Notes: a model not told the origin generated them from the sequence alone. A DNA stretch of 64,000 nucleotides from Octopus sinensis (GCF_006345805.1 NC_043019.1:1984001-2048000); one strand, 5' to 3'; positions 12,071 to 24,763 are shown, numbered from the stretch's first letter. Program-made: numbers and translations.

Positions 12071-12108
<38 letters not shown>

Positions 12109-12113
<5 letters not shown>

Positions 12114-13330
12114 AGGTGAGAGTCATTGACACCCCTGTGCGACTGGAAGAATGAACTAGCCGAACGCTTATAAAAACTTGCGCCCTGGATGAGACCAGGA
12201 GAAAGTCGTAGGAGTTGTTGAGATCGTTGAGAGTTTCTATGTATTGGAATATCGTCTTTAGTGCAGTATTTTGAAGTAGATCGTGTGATGACAGTTGTTT
12301 TTATCTCCGCTTCGTGAAATCTGAATATCCAACGTATAGAAGGATATAGAAGTGATTACGAGGATAACCACTTATAAAAGTGGCGACGAGTTTATTCGAA
12401 GCTTACGTCAGACGTTAATATTTTTCTATTGAGACAAAATCAAAGAGAAATTAGTTGACATGGAAGACGTATTAGCCTCTGTGGAGCAGTTGCAACAGCA
12501 ACAACTGTTACAGCAGCAATTACAACAACAATTCCAACAGTTGCCGGACTTGATGTTAGAGTCCAAATATACTTCAGCTTCTATCCAGGTGTAGAAAACG
12601 CAATTTCAGAATATAGTTATAACCCAGATGTTATTTTTCTGCATTTTTCTGAATATATGAAGAAATCTTCAAAGAGGAATGCAAAATTAGGACGGACAAT
12701 GAAAAGGTGCGACTACTTTTAAGAAAACTAACCCCTGCCGAACACGAAAAATATTGTAACTACATTCTAAAAAAAATTTGAAATTTGCTGCGATGAAACA
12801 ATCAAATTGTTATCGAAAATTTTCAGTGACAGAAGTTTCCTGTTCAATACTCGCAAGGAGTGTTTGAATTTAGTGAAAAAAATGATGATGAAGATTTCGT
12901 CAACTATGACGGAATCGTCAATAGAGAGTCCGAAAAATGAAAACTAAAAGAATTAACCTCAGACAGGTTCAAATGTCTAATTTTTGTTCCAAGGCTAACT
13001 GCAAGCAAAGATGCAAAGATACATGCCTAGACATAGGCCAAATTGAAACAGGACCAGGATTTGACTCTGCAGACAGTGGCAGAGGAATCTCAAAGGATTA
13101 TTAATCTTCGACATGACGCAAATGAAATCGAAGAGAAGGATTACTCTCACGTACATGCGTGTCGACATATGACTGGAAAGGAAAAAGAAAAGCGAAGATC
13201 AAGACCCAATCCATGCTATGGGCGCGGAGGTCTACATTTTAGAAATAACTCTTCAAACGAACTTTCGCAGGCATGATGGGGGAGAATGTTAGTAGTCATT
13301 TAGCTAGCGGACTTTGGCTGATGAGAAATC
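12109..13330 (+). mobile_element. Decayed Gypsy-type LTR retrotransposon 5' part (LTR, PBS, gag)
   Basis: TG-start LTR candidate ~12109-12379; PBS TGGCGACGAG at 12381-12390; gag remnants EKVRLLLRKL..EHEKYCNYIL, FKCLIF, degenerate knuckle PCYGRGGLHF; homologous to 18320-19020. Confidence 0.75.
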
Positions 13331-13623
13331 ACGCGCCTATTTGGCGCTAAATTTCGAAACCGGTACCGAGTTGACCAGCATTTACTTGTTCTAACCCATT
13401 TGAGGTAAGACATTATTATTGTTCACTGATATTTTTCCTATCTTGTCTGTAATAGACTATTCGGTGGTACAGAAGTATTTTTTTACTTCTATCATTAGTG
13501 ATATAGGTGCTCATATAGCACCCTTGTGTATATATGTACATATCTAATGTTGTATGTATATATTTTATTAATTTGCCTGTATGGCTGATAATTCGCTTAC
13601 CACTTGTGATGGTATTTTAATAA

Positions 13624-13647
13624 TACCATCCCTATATATATATATAT

Positions 13648-13692
<45 letters not shown>

Positions 13693-13798
13693 TAGATAGA
13701 TAGATATACAGACAGACAGACAGATAGATAGATATACAGACAGACAGACAGATAGATAGATATACAGACAGATAGACAGACAGATAGATAGATAGATA
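13624..13798. repeat. (TA)n plus mixed (GATA)/(GACA)n microsatellite
   Basis: Seen directly in sequence. Confidence 0.93.
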
Positions 13799-14819
13799 AG
13801 TGTACAGCACACATATATGTGTATATGTTTTATACATAATTCTATGTGTTCGAGAACTCAGGAATAAATTATTGCATGTACTATTGCATAAAATACTGAT
13901 ATTCATGAGATCGGATTTGAATGAAACGATTGTAAATGGATGTGATACAGTTAAAGGAACTGCCCACTCTATTCTCCTTGTTTGTATCTATATAAAGTTG
14001 CCTACAATAGCACTAACATACATCTACACACACACATAATACTCAGCTTTTCATTTGCTATTTTTGAATTCTATTAAAGTCTTATTCCAAAATGATATGA
14101 ATACATTGATTACGGGAAAAAAATTAAAGAAACAGATCTGAACTAACTAGGGGAATTAGTGTATTCATTAAAAAAAATAATCTTTGAATTAATTTTAATT
14201 TGAAATCTAAATGCAAGTAATTTCAAATTCTGTTTCTTTCTGTTCGATTCCATTTTATAGAAATGCTACCCCTCACACAATGAATGGCACTTATGATACT
14301 GACATAAAAAAAAAGATAATTTCTGTGTATTTTTATGTCTGATACATCTAACCACGAAGCATGCGACTAGAGCACTTTTATACAGGTGCACAGAAATAAA
14401 GCAGATCAATGCAACTATAATAAGCTCTGTCAACAAAATGGGGAACTACATTCCCTACGTCACCTAAAAATAACCCTTAATGAATATGGTTTCTGTTGTT
14501 CTGTTTTGTTTTGTTTCTTTGTGAGTTACTTTAATGTGATAAAACGTTTCGAGTTATATTCAGCCGGCGATTTGGTTCAATTTGCATAATAAATTTTCTC
14601 GTAATTAAAAGCTTTCGAGGATTAAAAAGAAATGATTGAAGAGAACATACGTTTGATGAATGTAACCGGGTAGAATTAATATTAAAGTGTTATAATTTCA
14701 AACAGGCGACTGTCATGATTGTGGGAAATTGCGGTCGGTGTTTTGAGAAAAATATTACAAAAAAAAAAGAAAAATTCTGACAACATGAACAAAATTTAAT
14801 GGTATTATCTTTAAAATGT

Positions 14820-15010
14820 TAAGGCGGCGCACTAGCATGATGCCGAGTAAAATATTTCACAGTATTTCGTCTGTTTTTACGTTCGGAGTTCAAATTCTGC
14901 TGGGGTCGACTTTGCCTCTCAACAAATAGGAGCACTTGGGTCGATGTAATCGACCAGTCCACGCTCTGCTAAATTTTCCCGCCTTCTGCCGATAGTCGAA
15001 AGAATTATCT
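14820..15010 (+). mobile_element. Diverged SINE family A-related copy
   Basis: GAGTTCAAATTCTGCTGGGGTCGACTTTGCC and ACTTGGGTCGATGTAATCGAC motifs. Confidence 0.6.
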
Positions 15011-15199
15011 ACAAACTATTAGAGAAACGTTAATGTGCCATACAAATTTGGAGCCATTTTATTCCCTCACATACATCGCAAATACCTTTCAGTCAAATAG
15101 GAATATCCTAAGACATCATTCTACCACTTAGAAATACAGAGACTAGTGACCTTCTCTAAAACGCATCTACAATTTATATTGGTCTCAAATTTTGGCACA

Positions 15200-15380
15200 A
15201 GGCCAGCAAGCTAAGGGGAAGGGTTACGTCAATTATATCGACACCAATGTACAACTAATTTTATTGACTTTGAAAGGATGAAGGTCAAGATGGATCTCGG
15301 CGGATTTGAAACTCAAAACATAAAGGTAGACGAAATGCCGCTAACCATTCTGCCAGGCGTGCTACCGATTCTGCTAGCTA
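15200..15380 (-). mobile_element. Diverged SINE family A-related copy
   Basis: Reverse-complement motifs GAAAGGATGAAGG..CTCGGCGGATTTGAAACTC..GACGAAATGCCGCTAA. Confidence 0.6.
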
Positions 15381-15418
15381 AGCGTCTTGCATCTACGTAT
15401 GATATTAAGATCTTTGTA

Positions 15419-15826
15419 TAGGCGCAGGAGTGGCTATGTGGTAAGTAGCTTGTTTACCAACCACATGGTTTCGGGTTCAGTCCCATTGTGTGGCATCTTG
15501 GGCAAGTTTCATCTACTATAGCCTCGGGCCGACCAAAGCCTTGTGAGTGGATTTGGTAGACGGAAACTGAAAGAAGCCCGTCGTATATATGTATATATAT
15601 ATGTGTGTGTATGTGTTTGTGTGTCTGTGTTTGTCCCCCTGACATTGCTTGACAACCGATGCTGGTGTGTTTATGTCCCCGTTACTTAGCGGTTCGGCAA
15701 AAGAGACCGATAGAATAAGTACTGGGCTTACAAAAGAATAAGTCCTGGGGTCGAGTTGCTCGATTAAAGGCGGTGCTCCATGGCCGCAGTCAAATGACTG
15801 AAACAAGTAAAAGAGAAAAAAAAGAG
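15419..15826 (+). mobile_element. SINE family B, full length with internal (TA)/(TG) microsatellite
   Basis: Head TAGGCGCAGGAGTGG, B-box-like GGGTTCAGTCCC, CORE-like segment, tail GAAACAAGTAAAAGAG. Confidence 0.9.
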
Positions 15827-15864
15827 TATTTCGTAAATTCGTTTCTGCAAAATGTGTTCTTGCA

Positions 15865-15960
15865 TACGAAAGGGTGGTGAAAAGCTCTTGGCTTTGGGTT
15901 AAAGCAAATACAGGAAGATCAGTTAATCATGAGTTTATTCAACATATTTCCCTTTAAGCT
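15865..15960 (+). mobile_element. Possible Tc1/mariner terminal fragment
   Basis: TA-CGAAAGGGTGGTGAAAAG resembles TA-CGAGGG mariner ends; no partner TIR found. Confidence 0.3.
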
Positions 15961-16609
15961 CTGTAAGCGAACACGGAAGTTTGGGCTTTGTTGTATGGGG
16001 AATCTGTGCACCCTCATGATTGGCTAAGTGAACTATATTAGCCCTAGATTTCGGTTGCAACAGTGCCTGCAAGTTGCACGAGATTTGCTGGGGGAGGAAG
16101 TGTAGAGGTTTATTGCCTCTAATTTGTGTATAGACTGTGATTTTGGGTGTATGGACCTTTTGGTCCAAAAAATTGTATTTTTTTAATAGTAAGAGGGTCA
16201 TTACCTCGGCGTATGTATTTTTTTTTAAATAATGTTTTAGAGAAGCAGAGGGCGCCTTCTGCCTTCTCCCATCTTTATCATTTTTCATCATAATCATCCG
16301 CCTCATTAATGTCTATGTCTAGCCCGCAAGCTACTCTTTGTAATGCCTTTATGGCAAATTTCTATGAAATAAAGTGAACTATACTAGTTAGTATAAATGA
16401 GCATGTGCAGAACAATCTCACATGTGTCAAACGCGCGCGAATTGTGTTAGTTAATTGGTTGAGGAAAGGCGTAAGAGCGGCGAGTGAAATTGAGTCTGTT
16501 GCTTGAAAATTGTTATTTAAAATTGTTATTGTTAAACCTGTTGGTTTTATTGTTGATATTATCGAAATCCCTCTCTACCCATTGTTGGGAATGGAAGCTG
16601 GAAGCTACG

Positions 16610-17790
16610 CTATGGCAGCAGGCAAAAGCCTGTCTGACGACACGAAGCAAATGAAGGAAATTGAAATTAACAACAAGCATTTGAAGAAGCACAATGCATT
16701 ATTTGAGAAGGATGGAGACCGCCTCCGGTTATTACAACCAACAGAAGCAGTGCAGAGGGCTGAAAAGCGAAAAGTAATTTACAGATCTCTCAACTTAGAG
16801 TCTAAAAAAAAGTCGAAATAGCCGCAACTGAAGAAATTGAAGAAGCTTTAACAGTAATTAAGGATGTAGCCACGTTTTACACACGTGGAAGGAAGTTCGG
16901 TACAGTGAAGGTGCGCTTCGGAAGTGACGAGGAAGCAAAAATGCACTCCACTGTACCTTTCAGAACTGCAAAGAGGGGGTATTTTTGCCTACCTATTGCG
17001 GAAAACGCGCCGCTAGAGTGAGAATAGGGAGAGTGCCCCCGGAGATAGACGAGGCGTGGCTGGTGGTAGCCATCCTCTTCAATTGCGAGGAGGAGGTTGA
17101 GACAATTAAAGTGGAGACGTCAAGAGGAATTAACTGGTAGGGGTATGGACTTGAAGTCTTACTCCATATTTCCCTACCAGATCCCCACAAAGTAGTAGAA
17201 GAGCTGGTACTCCTTGATGAGACCAGACTGAGAGTCGTGGTAGAGGGGAGACCCCAATTTGTTACAATTGTAGGAATAGGGGAGACGTGCAAGCAAGGTG
17301 TCTCCATAAAAAAGACCAAATACAGACAGAGGTGGAGGAAGTAGTCGTGGAAGAGACAAAAGAAGAAATGGTGACTAATAGAAAGCGTGTAAGGGTGGAG
17401 TCGCCACCAAAAAACATGAAAAAAGAAAAGAAGAAAAGGAAGTGAGTAATAAAGTTAAAGAGGAAAATAAGGGAGAGAATCGAACTACAGAACCAGAGCC
17501 ATCAACAGGTTATGAGAATGACGTAACCGTCTTAGTGGAGGAATATTTAGGAGAGGAGAGGAGGACGAAGGAAAAGGTGGAAGAACATGACAGACGAAAT
17601 TTGTAATGAATGATTTCGTACACACAGAATGAAGAAATTGATAAAAGTTAAGAAAAAAATGAACAAAACATGGGTGAGAATGGATGAAAAGTGGTTTAGT
17701 AAGGATAGAAGAACGTTACTGGTTGGAAACAGAAAAGCAGAGATGCGACTGGACTTGTTCGGAAAGGAAATAAAAAAACACAGAAATGTA
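16610..17790 (+). pseudogene. Degenerate LINE ORF1-like relic related to the Tx1-like ORF1; no ORF2 follows
   Basis: Bridged translation PTYCGKRAARVRIGRVPPE...RLRVVVEGRP.ICYNCRNRGDVQARC (knuckle 17260-17301 with H replaced by D) aligns by eye with PSYLGQ..KVIISGVPQ...LYVVVEGRRPRCYTCGSEAHLKKEC. Confidence 0.7.
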
Positions 17791-18011
17791 TTTTGAGTAT
17801 AAAGACATGCCGAAAACTGTTGACTTCGATGACCTGGTGGAAACACATATCGATTTTTAAAGTGAAATAACAATGATAAATATATGAACGTAATAGCAGT
17901 TAAATGGAGCTGTGAGCTTTGGGGGGGGGGCTCGTAAACCATTACATTTTTTTATTCGCTCTTATTGTTATCCACATTTTCATTTATTCGTTTTATGTAC
18001 CCCACGTTTTG

Positions 18012-19330
18012 TGTTATGTCTTCGTAATGTCCCTTCTTCTTTAGGCTATATGTAGGTAATAAAGATAAAACGAGTGTCATGTGCGTAGTCATAGTGTACA
18101 GGTCGTAGGAATTATTCAATAGAGATATCGTGGAATGCTTGTTGAAGATACACAGTTGAAGAGTAATAAGAGAACATCAGGAACGTTTGATCTTATAACA
18201 GTTGAGATATAACAATGACGACCAGAAGTCGTACGACATATCAGTGGCGACGAGGATACCTCCCACTGTGTAACACTGTCATTATAACAGTGGTAGCAAG
18301 GTTACGAACACTCGTAGGACTTTCGAAATGGAAGAAGCACTAGCGTCTGTTGTGAAGCAACAAGAATTGCTGCAGCAGCTGTTACAAAAGTAGCAAGAAT
18401 ACCGTGAACAGCCACCACAGCAACAACAACAACAGCTAAACCAGCAGTTGATAGAGTTATTATGATTATATTTTGTTCATAATACTGAAGGTATGAAGAA
18501 ATATTTAAAGAGGAGTGAAAAGGCTGGACAAACGAAAAGAAGGCAAGACTTCTTTTGCGTAAACTAGCTCCGTCAGACCACGACAAATACTGCAACTTTA
18601 TTCTACCAAAAAAACCGCCAGAAATTCGCTTTGAAGAAACGATTAAAATATCAATTAATATATTCAGTGAAAAGAGCTCGCTATTCAACATACGTTAAGA
18701 ATGCCTAAATTTTAAAAAATGAATCTGATGACTTTCTTGTATATGCAGGAATTGTAAAGAAAGCTTGCTAAAAAATTCAAGTTAGAAGAGGTTGTCCCCA
18801 GACATATTTAAATGTTTGATATTTGTCCAAGGCCAAACTGCGAGTCAGGATGAAGAAATGCGGGCGATAATATTAACAAAATTGACACAAGACACTGAAA
18901 TAACCTTGCAAAAACTGGTAGAAGTATGTCAACTTATAACAAACGAAAAATAAAACAAACAACGCCCAAACTGTGTTATGGTTGTGGCGAGTTGCACTTG
19001 AAATGAGACTGCCCCTTTAGGAATAAAGCATATATATATACATAATACAAAATGGGACAAGGACGCAAAACATCCGGACAGTTAGGTGATACAACAATGA
19101 GACAACAAAACATTCAGATAGACGATACAAAAAAGCCAAAGAGGGAAGTTTTCTTTCCTCAATCGAGTACCAGATTATCTTCGCAATTTCAGCTGATTAT
19201 ACTCGATATTGCTCCAATCTGGCCAGCCCCAAGGAAAAACTAAACTAAGAGCATTAGTTTCCTTGGAAGAAAGCAGCGAATGTATACAAAAACAAGGACG
19301 GGAAAAAAACGGACAATGTTACACAAATAG
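18012..19330 (+). mobile_element. Decayed Gypsy-type LTR retrotransposon 5' part (LTR, PBS, gag, possible protease start)
   Basis: TG...CA LTR candidate 18012-18243; gag RLLLRKLAPSDHDKYCNFILPK, FKCLIFVQG; CCHC knuckle CYGCGELHLK.DC near 18975-19020. Confidence 0.75.
18245..18257 (+). promoter_or_regulatory. Primer-binding site, complementary to the tRNA-Ser(GCT) 3' end
   Basis: TGGCGACGAGGAT one base after the LTR-terminal CA; eukaryotic tRNA-Ser(GCU) ends ...AUCCUCGUCGCCA (recalled, not searched). Confidence 0.7.
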
Positions 19331-19599
19331 AATAAAAATGATAACAGGACATAACAACAGGTGTCTTTCGAGTAAGGACGAATTGAATTAAGCTGGCGTG
19401 TGTGGAAATAAAGCTTTACGGCAGGGATACAAGATTTCATAGGCACAGGGAGGAATACACACACATTGCACAGTCGCCGTATGGTAGTAAGCTTGCTTCC
19501 CAACCACAAGGCTCAAGGTTCGGTCCCGCTGCATGGCACTGTGAGCAAGTGTCAAGTCACAACAAGGACCGAAGTTTCAAGTAATGCCGACTTTTGCAA

Positions 19600-19875
19600 A
19601 ACCTGAGAATCCAGAACTGGAAAAGATAATATATCATGTAACTTCAGGCAGAACAAGGAATGAACATCTGCATGATAGAGAATGGAATTTACAAATGTGA
19701 AGTCAATACGAGTACTCAAAACTACGTATACATTAGTAGTATCGCAGCCATGAAAAATCGCCATGAAAAATCGTCTGGGCAAACATCTTACGGGATTTTT
19801 CAATATAAACATCATTATCTAACGTTATATGGAGGCTACAACAGAATGGAGTGAAGCATACGACCAACTGATCTT

Positions 19876-19933
<58 letters not shown>

Positions 19934-20228
19934 CACTGAACCACGCAATAGAACATCGCAAGTGTGCAATTTATGCCTAGAGGAAACCCTGGAGATCATC
20001 TAATCCACAGAAAAGATAATTAATAGATAATTCCGGAGTAATTATACCATGTTAGCATAAAAGCAAGGCATCATTCCAAGAATTTGGGAAGAACATTTTG
20101 AAATAGAAAAGCGCTAACCATCATAAGCATCTGGTGCAGTGGTTCGCAACCTTTTCACAGTGGGGTTCAGAACACTTTTATTTAAATGAGTTTTCCCACG
20201 TACCCTTTTTAATATTCCTATCCTTATA
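19600..20228 (+). pseudogene. Penelope-like GIY-YIG endonuclease remnant with an (AAT)n insertion
   Basis: GIYKCEVNTSTQNYVYIS (19684-19737) followed downstream by CNLCLEETLEII (19965 onward) and a decayed C.HKSK motif. Confidence 0.78.
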
Positions 20229-21080
20229 TAAACAAAGAGGTTGAGTTCCGTTGAGTTCAAATTCCGCCGAGGTCGATTTTGTCTTTCATCATACGATCAT
20301 GTTTTCGAATCGATATTTTAACGGCGATAGTGCGTTCGACATAATCACTTTCTTGCCTGTATCATACGATACACATTCGACGCTTCTAAAACCAGCAAAC
20401 AAATGTAAATTTGTTTATATACACACGGGGCTGTTACATGTGTGTTTGTGTGCGTGCGTGTCTTCAAATATGAAATGGAAGGACCACATACACTTAACGA
20501 TCAAATACACCGTTTTTGCCGGTAGGCTCCGAAATGGCGTGGAGGCGAATACTCCCTCCATGCACCGGGTGTTAAAACACCTGAAAGTCATAGACAGGTG
20601 AGATAATCCACCCCAGATCACATTCAGGATTGATGGACATCGATGTTTCACCATTTTTGTGTCTTATCAACATCACATAGTCGAACCGAATCGTAATAAT
20701 ATCCAGACACAGACTACGGAAATCGGCCAAACATGATTTCCAATTAGAACTTGTGTCAGATTTTGCGTTTCTATTTAATAAGACTTTCTGTCAAATGTAT
20801 AATACAGCGATGAAATTAACATACTTAGAAGCCGAAATTAATGTGATTAACAAAAATATTGTTTTTATATTTTTGCTTGTTCTTTTTGTTATTTCTGAAT
20901 ATCCAATCTAAATTAATGTTAAAAGGAGATACATGATATTTTATACATGGTGACGTAATGAAATTTGAAATTTGAACAGTCAATAATAATGCGATTAATT
21001 AAATGAAGTTTTGTTATTCTTTAATTGTTCTTTTATCTAAATTTTCAATTAATTTTTTTTTGTTACAATAATAAGAGGTA

Positions 21081-21310
21081 TCTTTTATATTTTACTTGCT
21101 TCAACCATTGGACTGCGACCATGCTGGGGCATTCCCTACATGAATTTAGTCGAACTGACTGCATTCAGTATTATTATTTTTTTTAATCTGGTACAATTTC
21201 ATCGGAATCTTTTGCCGAATTGCTAAGTTACGGACTCGTAAACAAACCAACACTAGTTGGCAAGCGGTGGTGGTGTTTACAGACATAACGCAATAAGACA
21301 AACACACATA
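21081..21310 (-). mobile_element. SINE family B 3' half (diverged)
   Basis: TTTTGCCGAATTGCTAAGTTACGG and GACTGCGACCATGCTGG reverse-complement tail motifs. Confidence 0.65.
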
Positions 21311-21352
21311 CACACACACATGCGCGCATGCACACAGACACAGACACACACG

Positions 21353-21390
<38 letters not shown>

Positions 21391-21392
21391 TA

Positions 21393-21468
21393 CAGGGTGT
21401 CCAGACAGTTCGCCCGATTTTTAATTTATTGTACATATATGATCGGGCAAGACTTTCTGGACACACTG
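21393..21468. mobile_element. 76-bp MITE with ~27-bp TIRs, Tc1/mariner-like
   Basis: CAGGGTGTCCAGACAGTTCGCCCGAT ... ATCGGGCAAGACTTTCTGGACACACTG; TA on the left, TG(TA) on the right. Confidence 0.7.
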
Positions 21469-21552
21469 TGTATATATTATATATATATATATATTATATA
21501 TATAATATATATATATATATATTTGTATATATATATATTTGTATATATATAT

Positions 21553-21607
<55 letters not shown>

Positions 21608-21616
21608 CATACATAC
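21469..21616. repeat. Long (TA)n microsatellite
   Basis: Seen directly in sequence. Confidence 0.95.
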
Positions 21617-21948
21617 ATGGCTCAGTGGTTAGAGTGTCGAGCTTATGATCGTGAGGTTGTGAGCTCGAATCCCGGACCGGGCTGCGTGTTCTGTTCTTGA
21701 GCAAGACACATTACTTCACGTTGCTCCAATTAACTCAGCTGTAGAAATGAGTTGCGACGTCACAGGTGCCAAGCTGTATCGGCCCCTTTGCCTTTCCCTT
21801 GGATAACACTGGTGGTGTGGCGAGGGGGGGGGGGTGCTGTATGCATGGGCAACTGCTGGTCTTCCATAAACAACCTTGTCCAGACTTGTGACTGGGAGGG
21901 TAAATTTCTAGGTGCAATCCCATGGTCAGTGTCGTGACCGAAGGGCGT
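21617..21948 (+). mobile_element. tRNA-derived CORE-like SINE with family D-type head and a different tail
   Basis: A box TGGCTCAGTGG, B-box-like AGCTCGAATCCC, CORE-like GTTCTTGAGCAAGACAC..TTGCTCCA; the tail differs from 40450-40774. Confidence 0.75.
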
Positions 21949-22622
21949 CCCGACCCGATATTGGAACTGAACACAAGACCACATGGCTGGGAAGGAAGCA
22001 TTTAACCCACACAGCCATGCCATGCCCGGGCTTATTTGAAGAAGATCGACTAAATGAACGAACAGTTAGACAACTTCTGATTAAGACCAGGGACTGAAAC
22101 AATTTCACTTGAAGTGATATTACTCGAAATATTTCAAGATAATTTGAGATTATTTTTACATCCTACATATTTTCTGCTTTTATATTGGAAAAAGTACAAA
22201 ACGTGCTGTCTATTTGTGTTCTTTCTAATTAGCAGAAGGATTTCAATGTATTTGCTGCCGTAATTATAGCTACAAAATTTTGAATTGTTGCTCGAGCCTT
22301 CGAGCAAATCTGTCGAGGCGTCTATTCGTTCATTTGCGCAAACTTCTTCTTGTATCTTGTTTACACTTAGGCAAAGAATATTTTTGAATCGGGATAGATA
22401 TACTTCAATATTGGTATTGCTTTTGGCGGCCAAAATGTTCCGTATATGTATATGTGTATTTACATGTGTGTAACTGTATGCGGGCATGTATGCAAATATG
22501 TGCATATATATATATATATATAGAATCATATCGAAGGGAAATGGAAATTAATAGAAATTTTCGCTTCCAGTGGCCTAGCGTGTAAAAATTTAGTCCAAAA
22601 ATTAAGTATTACTCATAAAATA

Positions 22623-22895
22623 CAGAGTACATTTAAACACATAAGGAATTCACGCGTGGGATTCAACACGCTAGAAAGAACAGCTAGGTTTTGTAACCAC
22701 AATATTAGAGATAAAATCTGACAGGAACGAAATGAAAAGATAGAAACTTTTTACCATCTAGTTGGTAAAGAGTTTTATTTTTTCATTTCGTTCCTGTCAG
22801 ATTTTATCTCTACTTTTGTGGTTATAAAACCTAGCAGTTCTTTCTGGCGTGTTGAATCCCACGAGTGAATTCCTTATTTGTTTAAATGTACACTG
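22623..22895. mobile_element. 273-bp fully palindromic MITE with TA target duplication
   Basis: ~134-bp inverted arms, loop TCTAGT at 22757-22762, ends TA-CAG(A/T)GTAC...GTACACTG-TA. Confidence 0.88.
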
Positions 22896-23145
22896 TAATA
22901 TACATATATATATATTGCTAAACCTCGCTAAGATAAATATTTCAATTACCTGAAGATTGACTGTAACCATAACTCGAATTATTACGAATTGGACAGCCAT
23001 GAAACAATCGTAGTGTTTTACTCATTATCTTTTTTTAAACTTTTTATACTTTTGATATATATTTAAAATAATATAAATTAATTAATTTTATGTATTGGCT
23101 TATGTTGTTTCATTGTTTGATTTGCTTAATAGTGGTTTTATCTCT

Positions 23146-23238
23146 AATTTAATATAATATATATATATATATATATATAATATATATATAATATATATAT
23201 AATATATATATTATATATATATATATAATATATATAAC

Positions 23239-23269
<31 letters not shown>

Positions 23270-23270
23270 G

Positions 23271-23312
<42 letters not shown>

Positions 23313-23428
23313 TATACAAATATATATATACACACACACACATACATACATGCATACATCCACACACCCAGAGAGATACATACATACATACACACATACA
23401 TACATACACACAAACACACATATATATA
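23146..23428. repeat. (TA)n/(CA)n/(TACA)n compound microsatellite
   Basis: Seen directly in sequence. Confidence 0.95.
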
Positions 23429-23459
23429 GTGGGACCGAGCTCGGAAGAATGTGTTGATT

Positions 23460-23846
23460 TGGGGTGGTGTCTTCCACTGTAGCTTCGGCAGAAGACTTGT
23501 GAGTTGATCTGATAGATAGAAACTGAATGAAGCCTGTTGTATATATTTATGTAAATATGTATGGGTGAGTGTCTGTGTATATGGGTGTTTGTGTGCGTTT
23601 GTGTGTGTTTGTGTGTGTGTTTGTGTCTGTGTCTGTGTCTTTGTGTCTGTGTTTTCCCTAGTGTCCCTTGGTGATTGGTGTGTTTACGTCCCCTTACTTA
23701 ACGGTTCGGCAAGAGAGGTCGATAGAATAAGAACCTGGCTTAAAACAAGAATTAATAGGTTCAATTCATTCGATTAAAAATTGCTAGGGGAGGTACCCCA
23801 GCATAGTTGTAGTCTAATGACTGAAACAAATAAAAGATAAAAGATA
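23460..23846 (+). mobile_element. SINE family B, diverged, 5' degenerate
   Basis: TTTACGTCCCCTTACTTAACGGTTCGGCAAG..GATAGAATAAG..GACTGAAACAAATAAAAG tail. Confidence 0.65.
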
Positions 23847-23976
23847 TATATATTATTGATCTGTAAATATTTATTGCTAGCTTGATGGAGTACCTTTTTA
23901 TTGATTCTACCAATAGTGGGAAGCTACACCATGTGTACGTGGTAAAGATATGTGTGTGAATATATATATATATACT

Positions 23977-24028
<52 letters not shown>

Positions 24029-24399
24029 GCATGGATGTATGTTCGCTCAGTGATATTTATATGGAATGCAAAATACAGACGACAGCAGAGGATTATGTAA
24101 AGTCTTTTCACGCCAGCTGTTTCGGTAACACCATAACTTAGGCTGCATTTACAATCATAAGTAATATGCGCATGATGTCAAAGGTGCGCCCAACGCCATC
24201 AGTACAAATGAAACTGTGACGCTGATTAAGGAGACCCTGCTTTGGAGAAATATGGTGAATGTGCTTTTCATAATAGTTTTTGTGAATATAACGGTTTAAT
24301 GAAAAGAATAAGGTGGTGAGAGAAGTAATTGAGGAAGCAGGGAAAAAATATTTAAGTGAAGCGGTTACAGAAGGCATGCGTGATGAAAATACCAAAAGG

Positions 24400-24595
24400 T
24401 TTTAGTCGAACAACTCGACCCTAGGATTTATTTTGAAGCCTAGTACTTACTCTATGGATCTTTTTTGCCGAACCGCTAAGTTACGGAACGTAGACACACC
24501 AACACCGGTTGTCAAGCAGGGATGAGAGGACGAACACAGACACACATAGATATATACATACTTATATCTACATATATATTTATATATATATATAC

Positions 24596-24637
<42 letters not shown>

Positions 24638-24763
24638 TTATTTATACGACGAGTTACTTTCATTTTTCATCTAACAAATTCACTCACAAGGCTTTGGTCT
24701 GCCCGAGGTTTTATTAGGAGACGCTTGCCCAAGGTGGCATGCAGGGGAACTGAACCCAGCAAC
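24400..24763 (-). mobile_element. SINE family B, diverged
   Basis: Reverse-complement head, CORE-like and tail motifs around an internal microsatellite. Confidence 0.75.
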
